From contig CAJFCJ010000010.1 of NCBI GenBank assembly GCA_904063045.1, forward strand, positions 1,426,001-1,490,000: a stretch of 64,000 nt of DNA, in the 5' to 3' direction. A model generated the notes under the pieces. That model did no database searches. It saw only the letters and a list, made by a program, of their open reading frames with translations, and had not been told where the DNA came from. The stretch is from Dimorphilus gyrociliatus. Taxonomy: Eukaryota > Animalia > Annelida. The first letter of the stretch is position 1, and the number at the start of each line of letters is the position of its first letter. The position numbers and the translations under genes were made by a program. This document shows positions 49,345 through 61,464 of this stretch, piece by piece.

Positions 49345-50325
49345 CTTGACTGTTGGCGCTATGAAAACCGGTCCAAAATATTCACTTATAATCAGGCGAT
49401 TTGTGGGGCGGCAACTTTCAATTTTACTTAAATCGATAGAATTCACTTTTTAAATGAATCTCTTATAATAATGTCGTAGCTTTGAAATTCAAATTCTATT
49501 TCTATTATATAGAACATGTCTCCTAAATTAGGTTGTTTAAAACTTAAAACACTAATTCTATGGAGAGTTTAAATAAATGTCTATATATATCTATCTAATT
49601 GCGTCAGATATTAATTTTAGAGAGATGAAAACAGTGATAATTTTTATTGATTTTTCAATATAGTGACATTATTTTGCAGTATTCATGTTTTTCATATGCA
49701 AAATTTACATTTCATTAAAATATATGAAAAGTAAAGAATAGAATTTTAATATACTGTCACAAAATAAATTAAATGTGCTTATAACGCTAAAAATGTACAA
49801 TTTACCTACGAATTGAACGATAGAACGTCAGCAACAAGTGAAAAAATCTATACTTGTGACATCTAACTTCCCAAAATAAAATAAATTATTTTAAGACGGA
49901 TTATCTACTTTAAATAAAACAAATTCCCTTATAAATATCTTTTATTTATTCTTAGAATAAGTTTGAAGAATTTTGTCGATTAAATCTGCTATTTGTTGCA
50001 AAAAGTTGCAATCGAATTCTATGAAATCTCCCTTGTGCACAACCAGACTGTTTTAATTCGGGTTTCGGGCTCCGGCCCACACATTCAGCAAGAATGTTTG
50101 TAGCGGAATTAGGAATCATATTTCTCACAGTAAGCGGCTGCTAACATCTTACAAGGAAAGCACTTCCGGTACAAATGCTAAAATTACCAATTTACAGTTT
50201 GTCAGTGATTATGGATAGAAATAATGCGGTTTTTTGTATCTAAAATAATATAATCAACGTAAGAGGCAATTTGTTTTATTGGCAAGAAGATTTTTATTTT
50301 TATTTTTTTCCAGATTTATTTAGCA

Positions 50326-53300
50326 ATGACGAATCCTACCCAAAAGTTCTTATCCGACCTCAAGAGCCGCAATGAGGATATTCGAAATAAAGTAATGATG
50401 CAAAAATATTAATAGTATTATTATAGCAAAAAGATATAATCTTCCATTAATTAAAACAAAACATTTCTCGATGTGAGAGTTATGTTGGAATGGCGCTCGA
50501 TTAGCACTAGCTTATATAAACAAAAATATTTTAAAAAGGCAATGATTATGCCATTGTAGAGGTATCTAGGAAGGAATTATCTCTAATGTTTTACTTGAAT
50601 TTCAATAGGCGGCAAGAGATCTTCATCATTACATCAACACAGAACTACGAGAAAGATCAACGGAAGATATATCCGAATTTCTCGACAATTTCAATCATCA
50701 AATTATCAATATGCTATCAAGTAATGACTCAAATGAGAAGAAAGGCGGAATATGTGGGATGTGTTCCTTAATTGGAGTTGACATTGGACATTTTAGTACA
50801 ACATCAAGTCGTTATGCGAATAATTTAAGGAATTTACTACCTAATAGCGATGTTTCTGTAATGGAGATGGCAGCAAAGGCCATTGGAAAGTTAGCTTTAC
50901 ATGCAGCATCCTTAACAGACGAATATGTAGATAAAGAAGCTCATAGAGCTTTTGAATGGCTCCAAGGAGATAGAGTCGAACTTAGAAGACATGCAGCTGT
51001 TCTAGTTTTAAGACAACTGGCAATTCATGTTCCTACTTTCTTTTTTCAGCACATTCCAGCTTTTTTCGATAGTATTTTTCAGGCTATTCGAGATCAGAAA
51101 TCTGTCATAAGAGAGGGTGCTGCTGCAGCCTTAAAGTCAGCATTAGTTGTTACTTCCCAAAGAGAGAGTAAAGAACGTGGAAGATTTACTTGGTACGAGG
51201 TAAGAACAAATTAACTGTTTTACTCAAAAACGTTCTATTTACCAGAATATTATACTATATGAATTATATTTATAATTTTCACTATATATTTTTATTTTCA
51301 ACAAATAGAAATGCTTCAAAGAAGCTGAAAAGCAATATGATGAAATTTTAAGCCGCAAAATGTCACGTGATGATTGGGCTCATGGAAGTTTGCTTATAAT
51401 AAATGAACTTTTACGAATATCGAACGTTGAAGGAGAAAGAGTTAGATTTGAAATGGAAGAAATTACAAAAGAACAATTGCAGCATGAACGAAGCTACAAA
51501 GAATTACATTCATCCAAATCAGGAAAACATCAAAATAACCCTTCTCACTTACAGTTGTCTGGCATTGCTTTTTCTAGTCCCAGACCTTCAAAAGCAGCTT
51601 TAGTTGAAAGTAAAACTTGTAAAGAGCTTACAAATGAGGAATTTAAAAATCTCTGTTCGATCGTTTTGAAGAATAGGAATAGTAAAAATCCTTTGATCAT
51701 GCAAGCGTTATCTACTGTTTTACCGAGATTGTCAGCTTTTAATCCACATGAATTTATGAAATACTATTTCGAACTGAGTATAAACTATTTGTATTCATCT
51801 ATTAGGGAAAAACGAGAAAGAGCAGCCGCATTTCACAGTATTGCCTTAATTGCTGTTTCTATTCAGAAAGATATCACACCTCATTTACCAGCTATCATGG
51901 AGCATATAAAAAAGTGTTTACCAATGAGGGATATAACGTCTAAAAAGACAAAGACTGTAATTGTTGAGCCTGCTGTTTTCTTTTGTATTAGTATGTTAGC
52001 TCGAGCTGTTGGTCATCAAATATCCGCAGAGGTTAAAGATCTTTTGGAGCCTATGTTTGAATCAGGTCTAAGTCCTGCTTTAACAGCTGCTCTTAAAGAC
52101 TTAGCCCAGCAAATACCTGCCTTAAAGAAAGACATTCAAAGCGGACTTTTACAAATGTTAAGCAAAGTTTTGATGGGAAAATCTTTGAAACCTCTAGGTT
52201 CAGGTCGACAAAGTCGACCTTCCATGCCTGCGGTTCCATCTTTTTCCACTTTAGATTCCTACCAGAATGTTGGGAATGTTACCTTGGCTTTAAAAACTCT
52301 GGGTAGCTTCGATTTTGAAAATCAGACTCTAAAACAATTTGTTCGCCACTGTGCCGATAATTATTTGTCATCGGAGAGGAAGGAAATTAGAATGGAGGCC
52401 GTGAGAACTTGTACTAGACTTCTATTACCCTCCGTTGCTCTCGCATCTTCTCATCAGCCCAGTGATTCAGCTATGAATACTGTTGCTGAAGTTTTATCAA
52501 AACTTTTAGTTGTCGGTATAACCGATTCGGATGCAGATATTCGATACAGCGTATTGTTGTGGTTGGATGAAAGATTTGATCCTCATCTTGCTCAAGCTGA
52601 AAATCTTTCAGCTTTATTATTGACCGTGAATGATGAAGTGTTTGAAATAAGAGAATTAGCTATAGCAACAATAGGCAGATTATCAAGCAAAAATCCTGCT
52701 TACGTAATGCCAAGCTTAAGAAGGTTACTTATTAATATTTTGACTGAATTAGAACATTCAGGTATGGGAAGAAATAAAGAACAAGCAGCAAAACTTCTTG
52801 GCGTTCTAATATCATCTGCCCCTAGACTTATAAGACCTTACATGGAGCCAATTTTAAATGTTTTAAAGCCGAAATTGAAAGAGAATGATCCAAATCCCGC
52901 CGTTACAATAGCTATAATGAACGCTATTGGTGAACAAGCTCAAGTGTGCGGAACAGAAATGAGAGCATATGGAGCTGAACTTTTGCCTCTTATATTCGAT
53001 ATGCTGCAAGATTCTGTATCTCATCAGAAACGAGAGGTGGCTGTTTGGACTTTGGGGCAATTAGTAGAAAGCACTGGATTTGTAGTGGAGCCCTACGAGT
53101 TATCACCTGCTCTGTTGGATGTTTTGCTAAGCTTCTTAAAAACAGAACAAACACCGGTGATGCGTAGGGAGACACTGAGAGTCTTAGGTTTACTTGGCGC
53201 TTTAGATCCCTACAAATACAAAGTCCACACCGGTGTTATTAATCAGGTTAGCATAGTTTCTTCAATCATACGCAGCATTATATAAATAACGTATTTATCT

Positions 53301-56300
53301 ATTTTTCATTACAGTCCGCTGGTGCTGCCTTATCCGAGGCAAAGCCAGGCGAAAACCGTTTAGGTCAAACTGAGATGAATTCTAATACAGAAACTTTAAT
53401 TGCTATGAGCACGGCTGCAAGTCTGGATGAATTCTACCTTGTAGTTTCTCTATCTGCCCTGCTAAGAATCCTAAGAGATCCAACCCTGGTACAATATCAA
53501 AAAGCTGCCGCTCGTTCCATTAATCTGATATTCAAGCATTTGGCATTAAAGTGTATTCCCTATTTGCCACTTTTACTTCCTGATTATATGTGTGTCTGTC
53601 GGTCAACTGTAGATTTAAATTTCAAAGAATCTTTATTTAAAGACTTAGCAGACATGGTTACTGCAGTGGGAGAACACATGAGGAAATATTCAGCCGATTT
53701 ATTTGCTCTTGTTAAAGAATTTTGGCCACAATGCAGCATAACTGTCATTTCGTTGTTGGAGGCTTTAGTTTCAGCCTTAGGTCCCGATTTCAAAGTTTAC
53801 CTGCCAGAAATTATACCTCATATGCTAAAGACCCTTGCTCACGATTCAAGTCGAGATCGCCATGTAACTGTTGCTCTGTTGACTGCATTACAAAAATTTG
53901 GAGTGAATTTAGATGATTATCTTCATTTACTTTTACCTCATTTAATCAAGTTGTTTGATAATCAAGATGTCCCACTTCCCGTTAAAACTTTATCTCTCGA
54001 AACAATAGCAACTTTCAGTGACAGCGTAGACTTAACCGAATATGCATCAAAGCTGATTCATCCGCTGGTTAGGACTATGGACAATTCAGCTGACTTGAGA
54101 ACTTGTGCTTTAAAGACGTTAATTTGTCTTATGAGACAGTTAGGAAAAAAGTTTCTTATTTTTGTACCTATGGTTAAAAAAATTACACAACAACACAGAT
54201 TTGATGAAACTACTAAAGCTGAGTTTGAACTATTAACAAGTAGAATAATTAAAGGAACAACAATAGGAGAAGAAGATCAAGACCCTCTCTTAAGGAAAGT
54301 TGAAAAAGAGAGAAAAAATGAAGATGCCAAAGGATCAAAACCAGCAGAAATGAGTATAGGGAAATTGCACATTAGTTCAGCCAGTTTACAAAAAATATTT
54401 CAAACAAATCGTCAAGTTTCAAGAGATGACTGGATTGAGTGGCTCAGAAGGCTATCTGTGGCTTTCCTGTCGAATTCCCCTTCTTGGGCCTTAAGAACTT
54501 GTAGTAGCGTAGCTTTGTCTTACCCGGCTCTGGCAAGACATCTTTTTAATGCTGCATTTGTCTCGTGTTGGACTGAATTACAGGATATGCAACAAGATGA
54601 TTTTGTTGCTTCGTTAGAAAATGTTTTAAAAACCCAAGATATTCCAGAGTTAACTCAAACAATACTTAACTTGGCTGAATTCATGGATCATTGTGATAAG
54701 GGACCAATACCTATTAATACAAGTTTATTGTCAGATAAAGCAGTTCAATGTAGGGCATTTGCAAAAGCTCTGCATTATAGGGAGGAAGCCTTCCATTCGG
54801 AGCCCACAAAAGCCGTTTTAGAGAGTTTAATTTCGATAAATATCAAGTTAGGCCAGTCTGAATCTGCAGCAGGTTTGTTAGAATACGCTCAGGAAATGTA
54901 CGGACAAGATATTCAGGAAAGGTGGTATGAAAAGCTTCACGATTGGCCAAACGCTTTAAAAAAATATGAACAAAAGTTACAATACGCTACAACTGATAGC
55001 GAACTTACCTTAGGTAGAATGCGCTGTCTGGAAGCCCTTGGAGAATGGGAAGATTTGCAACGAGTTGCCAAGCAAGAATGGCAACATGCCGAGAGCACTT
55101 TCAAACAAAGAATGGCAAGGATGGCTTCGGCTGCTGCTTGGGCTTTGAGGGATTGGGACTCAATGGAGGAATACTCTTGTATGATTCCAAGAGATACATA
55201 CGATGGAGCTTTTTACAGATCTGTTCTTGCCCTTCATATGGATCAATTTCAATTGGCTCAGCAATGTATAGACAAAGCTAGAGATATCGTTGACACAGAA
55301 TTAACTGCTATGGCTGGGGAGAGCTATAGTCGAGCATATGGAGCAATGGTAAATGTACAGATGTTGAGTGAGTTAGAGGAAGTTATACAATACAAATTGG
55401 TACCAGAAAGAAGGGATGTCATAAAGAAGATGTGGTGGAAACGTTTGCAAGGCTGTCAAAGGGTTGTTGAGGATTGGCAAAAGATCATACATGTTCATTC
55501 TCTTGTTCTAACACCTAGAGAACACAAACAAACTTGGTTGAAATATGCATCGCTTTGTAGAAAGTCCCAACGTCTTAAGCTCTCTCATAAAACTCTTGTG
55601 ACATTGCTTGGTGCTGACCCTCAATCCAATCCCTCCGCATCTATTTGTATTGAAGAGCCTGAAATTACCTTGGCTTATTTTAAGCATGCTTGGAAAAGCG
55701 AACAAGGAGAAAAACCGCTTTCTGATTTGACTTCATTCGTCAGAAATCAATTGGAACCAAAATTATCTGACTTTGAAGCTATTAGAAGCGACAAGACTGA
55801 AGCTTTGAAAGTGTTACTAGCAAAATGTTACATGAAAATGGGTGAATGGAATGAAGCTCTTCATGGCGTTGAAGATGCATCAATTCCGCATATTTTAGAA
55901 TGTTACTCAGAAGCGAAGAAAAAGCACGATGAATGGTACAAGTCATGGCATGCATGGGCCTTTATGAATTATAAATCGGTTTTATTCTTCAAACAAAAAT
56001 CGAATAAAGATCCAAAGGAATCGGAGAAGAAACGTGAAAATAGAATCAAATCTTATTGTGTTCCAGCTGTTAACGGTTTTTTTAAATCTATTTCTCTTTG
56101 CAGTATTGGTAGATCACTACAAGATACTTTAAGACTTTTAACGCTTTGGTTTGAATACGGATCATTTGCCGAAGTTTATGAAGCTTTAGTCGAGGGGTTA
56201 AAAACAATTCAGATGGATCATTGGCTTCAAGTTATACCTCAGCTTATGGCTAGAATTGATACCAATAAGCCCAATGTTAGAAATTTAATTCAGCAATTAT

Positions 56301-58140
56301 TATCTGATATAGGCCGAGCTCATCCACAAGCTCTTGTTTATCCCCTAACAGTAGCAGCTAAATCAAGTGATGAAATTCGAAAACAAGCTGCTACCAGAGT
56401 GTTAAATAGTATACGAGAACATCGACCTCTTCTTGTTGATCAGGCTGTACTGATGTCTGATGAATTGATTAGAATAGCTATATTATGGCATGAATTATGG
56501 CATGAAGGCCTAGAGGAAGCATCGAGGTTATTTTTTGGTGAAAAGAATATTAGTGGGATGCTTGCAACTCTAGCCCCCCTTCATGGTATGCTAGATAAAG
56601 GTCCCAGTACTTTAAAAGAGACATCTTTCGAACAAACCTACGGTAGAGATCTTCGTGAAGCAGCTGAGTGGTGTCGTAAATATGAACGATCTAATAATCT
56701 TAAAGATTTAACACAAGCATGGGATCAATACTATCACGTTTTCCGTCGAATAACAAAACAATTACCGCAAATGACAACATTAGAATTACAATATGTCAGC
56801 CCTAAACTCTTGGCTGCTAGAGATATGCAACTAGTCGTACCAGGTACATACGATCCTCAACAACCAGAGGTAAGGATCAAGTATGTACAACAAACATTGT
56901 CTGTGATTACGTCTAAGCAAAGACCCAGAAAGTTATCAATATTTGGATCAGACGGTCACGAATATCAATTTTTATTAAAAGGCCATGAAGATTTGCGGCA
57001 GGATGAGAGGGTTATGCAACTATTTGGTTTGGTAAATTCCTTGTTGGCTCGAAGTAGTGACACCGCTAAACGCAATTTGAGTATTCAAAGATACTCAGTC
57101 ATTCCCTTATCTACAAACTCTGGTTTATTGGGTTGGGTACCTCAAACAGACACACTGCACTCCTTAATTAGAGACTATAGAGAGAGAAAAAAGATACTTT
57201 TAAATATAGAACATAGAATAATGCTCCGAATGGCACAGGATTATGATCACTTACCATTAATGAAGAAAGTTGAAGTTTTTGAGCACGCTCTTGAGCATAC
57301 TCAAGGAGATGATCTAGCCAAAATTTTATGGTATAAATCGCCTAGCTCCGAAGTATGGTTTGACCGCAGAACAAACTATACAAGATCGCTAGCGGTTATG
57401 TCAATGGTTGGATACGTTTTAGGGTTGGGTGATCGTCATCCATCCAATCTTATGTTGGATAGACTTAACGGAAAAATAATTCATATAGATTTCGGAGATT
57501 GCTTTGAAGTTGCCATGATTAGAGATAAATTTCCAGAAAAAATACCTTTCAGATTAACAAGAATGTTAACAAATGCCATGGAAGTAACTGGTATTAATGG
57601 AAATTATCGTCATACTTGTATTTCCGTAATGAATGTCCTGAGATCTAATAAAGATTCGGTTATGGCTGTGTTAGAAGCGTTCATATATGATCCTCTGCTT
57701 AATTGGAGATTAATGGAAGGTAAAGCAGCTAAACACTCAAAGAAAGGGTCTGGTAGTTATACAGAAGTTGGTGCTCCAGTTGTTACCTCATCAACAGAGG
57801 CAGTTATAGATGATCCTGCTATGTTAGATCTCGCCGGTCCTAGTAGAAAAACGGTTGGGGACAGAATAAGCTTATTGAATAAATCTGGTCAGAGCGAAGG
57901 ATTAAATAAAAAGGCTGTTGCAATAGTTGGTAGAGTAAAGGACAAGTTAACGGGATTCGACTTTCAAAGCAGAAAAGACGGTGTTGATGTTGGTACACAA
58001 GTTGATTTACTCACAAAACAAGCTACTTCGCATGAAAACTTATGTCAATGTTATATTGGATGGTAAGCGATTGTACTTTGCTTTAAGAATAAAAGTTTTC
58101 TAAAATGTTTTTAAATATTTACAGGTGCCCGTTTTGGTAA
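50326..58140 (+). CDS. MTOR: Serine/threonine kinase mTOR
   Basis: HEAT repeats, FAT domain, FRB (ILWHELWHEGLEEASRLFFG...DLTQAWDQYYHVFRRI), kinase (LLKGHEDLRQDERVMQLF, LGLGDRHPSN, HIDFGDCFE) and FATC (LCQCYIGW|CPFW*). Five coding exons by my reading. Confidence 0.98.
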
Positions 58141-58394
58141 AGCTTAAAATGGAAAAATAAAACTGTTATATACATTTCTGCACTTACTTTCAATTTATTG
58201 TTTTCAAGACTTCTGTTTATTTCTTAAACTTTACTTAATTTTTAAAAACTGTTTTAATTGAATTTGTGTAATGTTATATATTTGAGTATATTTTTTCTTT
58301 AACTTTGACACAAGAGCAAAACGGTCATTATATTTGTATTAACTGATTTATTTAGAGTAAATAATATTAATCAATAGACGTTTCGTCAGTTTCC

Positions 58395-59501
58395 TTAGGG
58401 TTGTCCTTCTATTCGAATGTTTGGATTTGCCATTGGATCTAGGAATGGATCTTTGTCGGCATGAGACCGTCCAAATGTCGACATAAACAATATCACGGTC
58501 AAGAATAAAATTAATGCGATTAAAATTAACATAAGGAATCGATTTCGTTTTGCGTATCCGGAAGGATGAATATTATGAGATTTAAGCCATCGTTTTAACC
58601 AAGTTAAAGCAGGTCTTCTGGCATATTTATTTTCATCGTGATCCAGCGAATCCAATAAAGACTTCGTAGGATCAATAGAAATGTGTGTGTCTAAAGTCTT
58701 TCTAGCAGAACCTTGAAAAATTTAAGGAAAGTAATTTATATAAGCTTTTTTTCTAATTGCATAGATAAACTTACTGTGGCTACTGTCTTCTAAGCCGGCT
58801 CTTGAAAAAGCATGAGATGTTTGAACAACAGAGGAGGCCGGCAAAGGTGTGCTAGTTTGAAATTCAACAGGTTTATTCTCCAGCGGACGATCAGGTGTTT
58901 GTGAAATTTCTTTCTCTTCTATTAAAGGCATACCTAAACCATTTCTTGCCCAATTGACAGTACTCAGAGTGACTTTTAATTGTTCCGCAACGGGCGACAT
59001 TGCATGTTCATTGGGAAAGATCGATGCTTTGCAGTTTGGACACTGATAACCTGCTGGAGCGGTGGTTTGAGGCATCTGACGAGCAAAGGAATCCAAGCAT
59101 TTCCAATGGAACACGTCGTAGCACATAAGACGAACAGTCTCCTGTTCTTCCCCACTTAATGATTCATTACAAAGTTTGCAACTAGCTTCATAGTCACTAT
59201 CTTGTAACCATTGTAGATACGATTGAACGATACACTGAAAAGTAATTAAAAAATGTTCAATAAAAAATAAATCTTAAAGAACATTCCATTATTTTTGCTC
59301 AGGTGATAAAACTATTTACATACACTATTGATTTAAAAGAAAAAACTTATGTAATTAGTATATTAGCTAATGATTATAAAAATGGAAAATGTTGCAAACC
59401 TTTTTGTGAGTTTGTACCAAACAGTGTTCACAGACATTTACTCGGTGTTCAAAACAGAACAGATTTGTCACTTTCTTCTTGGGACATTTACATAAGCCCA
59501 T
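58395..59501 (-). CDS. ZFPL1: Zinc finger protein-like 1 (Golgi)
   Basis: [29 protein letters not shown]; [22 protein letters not shown]; [11 protein letters not shown]...[10 protein letters not shown]; [10 protein letters not shown], transmembrane helix, [13 protein letters not shown]. Confidence 0.95.
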
Positions 59502-59706
59502 TTTTTTACGTAGGCAAGTCGTATGAACTTTTCAAAGAAAATTTATGTCTTTGTTTTCATCCACGTATATTTCTACCGGAAATCATTTCATCGCCATTTT
59601 AAAAAAAATCGAAATTGTTTTCTAACAAGAAAAATACGCTGTCCTAGAGCAAAACGTGTTTCTAGAGCTTACATTTTTACTTAAACAAATAATTATTTGA
59701 TCTCAA

Positions 59707-61303
59707 ATGACTTTGCCGTTAGATCCGAAAATTTTACAAAAGTTAATCGAATTATCGTCACCATCATTCTGTTCTTTTTCTTATTCTAAGGAAGAGTTCA
59801 AGAAATTACGCGGTAAACTTAGTTTTCCATAGTTATTATCAAGCAGTAAATATTTCATGGAAGTTAAATTAAATGTTAAATAATCTAACTTGTTGAAAAT
59901 TTTGTTTTAAAACTATTAGAGCCCTATTTTGCATCGCTATCTGATGTAGAGCATTTAAAAAAGATTCTCGAAGAAAACGATTTGAAAAGAGAAGAATATA
60001 TCTGTAATAGATTTAAATATAAGTTGAAGAATGCGTTCAAAAGAGAAAAAGCTTATCAAACTATATGTCAGGTAAGAAAATATATTAAGCAACTAAAAAT
60101 TAATGCTATTAAAAAGCCTATTTCAATGTTCTTTGCAGTTGAATAAAAGTATAAAAAAATTCTTTGAGAAATGTTCTCTTGAATATTTATTTAAATTATG
60201 TGAAGATTTAAACATTCCGTAAGTGTAATTCTTAGGAGATTAACTCTTTCTAATTGAAATTAATATTTTTTTATGTAGAGATAACACACAAATCAAAGAT
60301 TGTTTTCTGCCAAGTAAACAAGTCATTCAATCATCTTCAGTTCATATTTTAGGATGTTATTCCATACTATTAAAAATAGAACGTTTGTCTATGCAAATAT
60401 TTTCGTATCCTTTTTTTACGCCTTGACAAAAGACTGGATTCTCATAGTTCAATTGAAATTTTCTATAACTTAATACTTGTTTTTTTTCTATATAAAGTGA
60501 GACAGCAAAACAAATATCTCGAGGACTTTTCATAGCAACTAATACTGTAATTTCCGCCTTCTCAAGTAGAATTTGGTAAATTATCTTTGTTTTATAAGAA
60601 AGACTGCTACTTATAAATATTCTGATATATAGGGTTGTAGCTAGAAAGTATATGATTCTAATGAAAAAATGTTATAATTCGTTGGCATATCTATCTACAA
60701 AATTGAGAAGCGCTGACGTTGAATGGGTAAGACAATGAATCAATTGTTAAGCTCTTTTCTAGTTTTTACACAATTCACTCTCCATAAAGATATCTTTCGA
60801 ACTACCTCACGCTCTTGAAACTGACTCAACTGAAGGCACTAGGTTAGTTTCGTTAGTCTTTTTCTAGAAACTGTTTATTTTATTAACTTTTTGTAGCTTA
60901 AGAAGTGCCGCTACCGAACCTGAAAGTATTACTGATTCTTCTGGAATTGATCTTGGACGTAAGTTAAAAAGTTAAACTTTATAAGTAATCATTTTTTATC
61001 CAAAATTTAATTTCAGAGCCAATTCAGAGAAAAAAGACAAAAGAAACACCGGAAGATTTAATTAAAAAAATTAAGGAAAACATTTTCAATTTAAAATCAA
61101 CACCAAACTTAAAATATGGAAAACAAATTAAACTTGTATTGAAAGACGATGAGAATCTTCGAGATTTTATTTTAAAGAATTTCGTTAAAAGTGTCGTTAT
61201 ACGGAAAAAAATTGAGAATTCAAAATTAACAAAAGAAAAAGGACTTAAAAAGTTGAAGATGATTTGGAGAAACGCCAAAAATATTCAAATAAATAAAACT
61301 TAA
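59707..61303 (+). CDS. Probable NEPRO/RMP64-like protein (DUF4477 family), multi-exon
   Basis: Spliced exons read MTLPLDPKIL..., ...KNAFKREKAYQTICQ|LNKSIKKF..., FLPSKQVIQSSSVHILG..., GLFIATNTVISAFSSRIW|VV..., IDLG|QPIQR..., ending ...IQINKT*. The FLPS, SRIW and DLG-x-P motifs recall DUF4477 proteins. The family call is from memory and some junctions are uncertain. Confidence 0.55.
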
Positions 61304-61464
61304 GTTTCTGTTAAATTGATTTTCAAACATGAATGTTTTATGTACATATGTTACTAATTCCTCAATCTATACGACTTACGGTTGCAGTCTGCCTTTCACA
61401 CAAAGGTCAATCAATTCTAAGACATGCAATAAAGTGTCATTCAATGTTACAATCTTGTTCAAAT

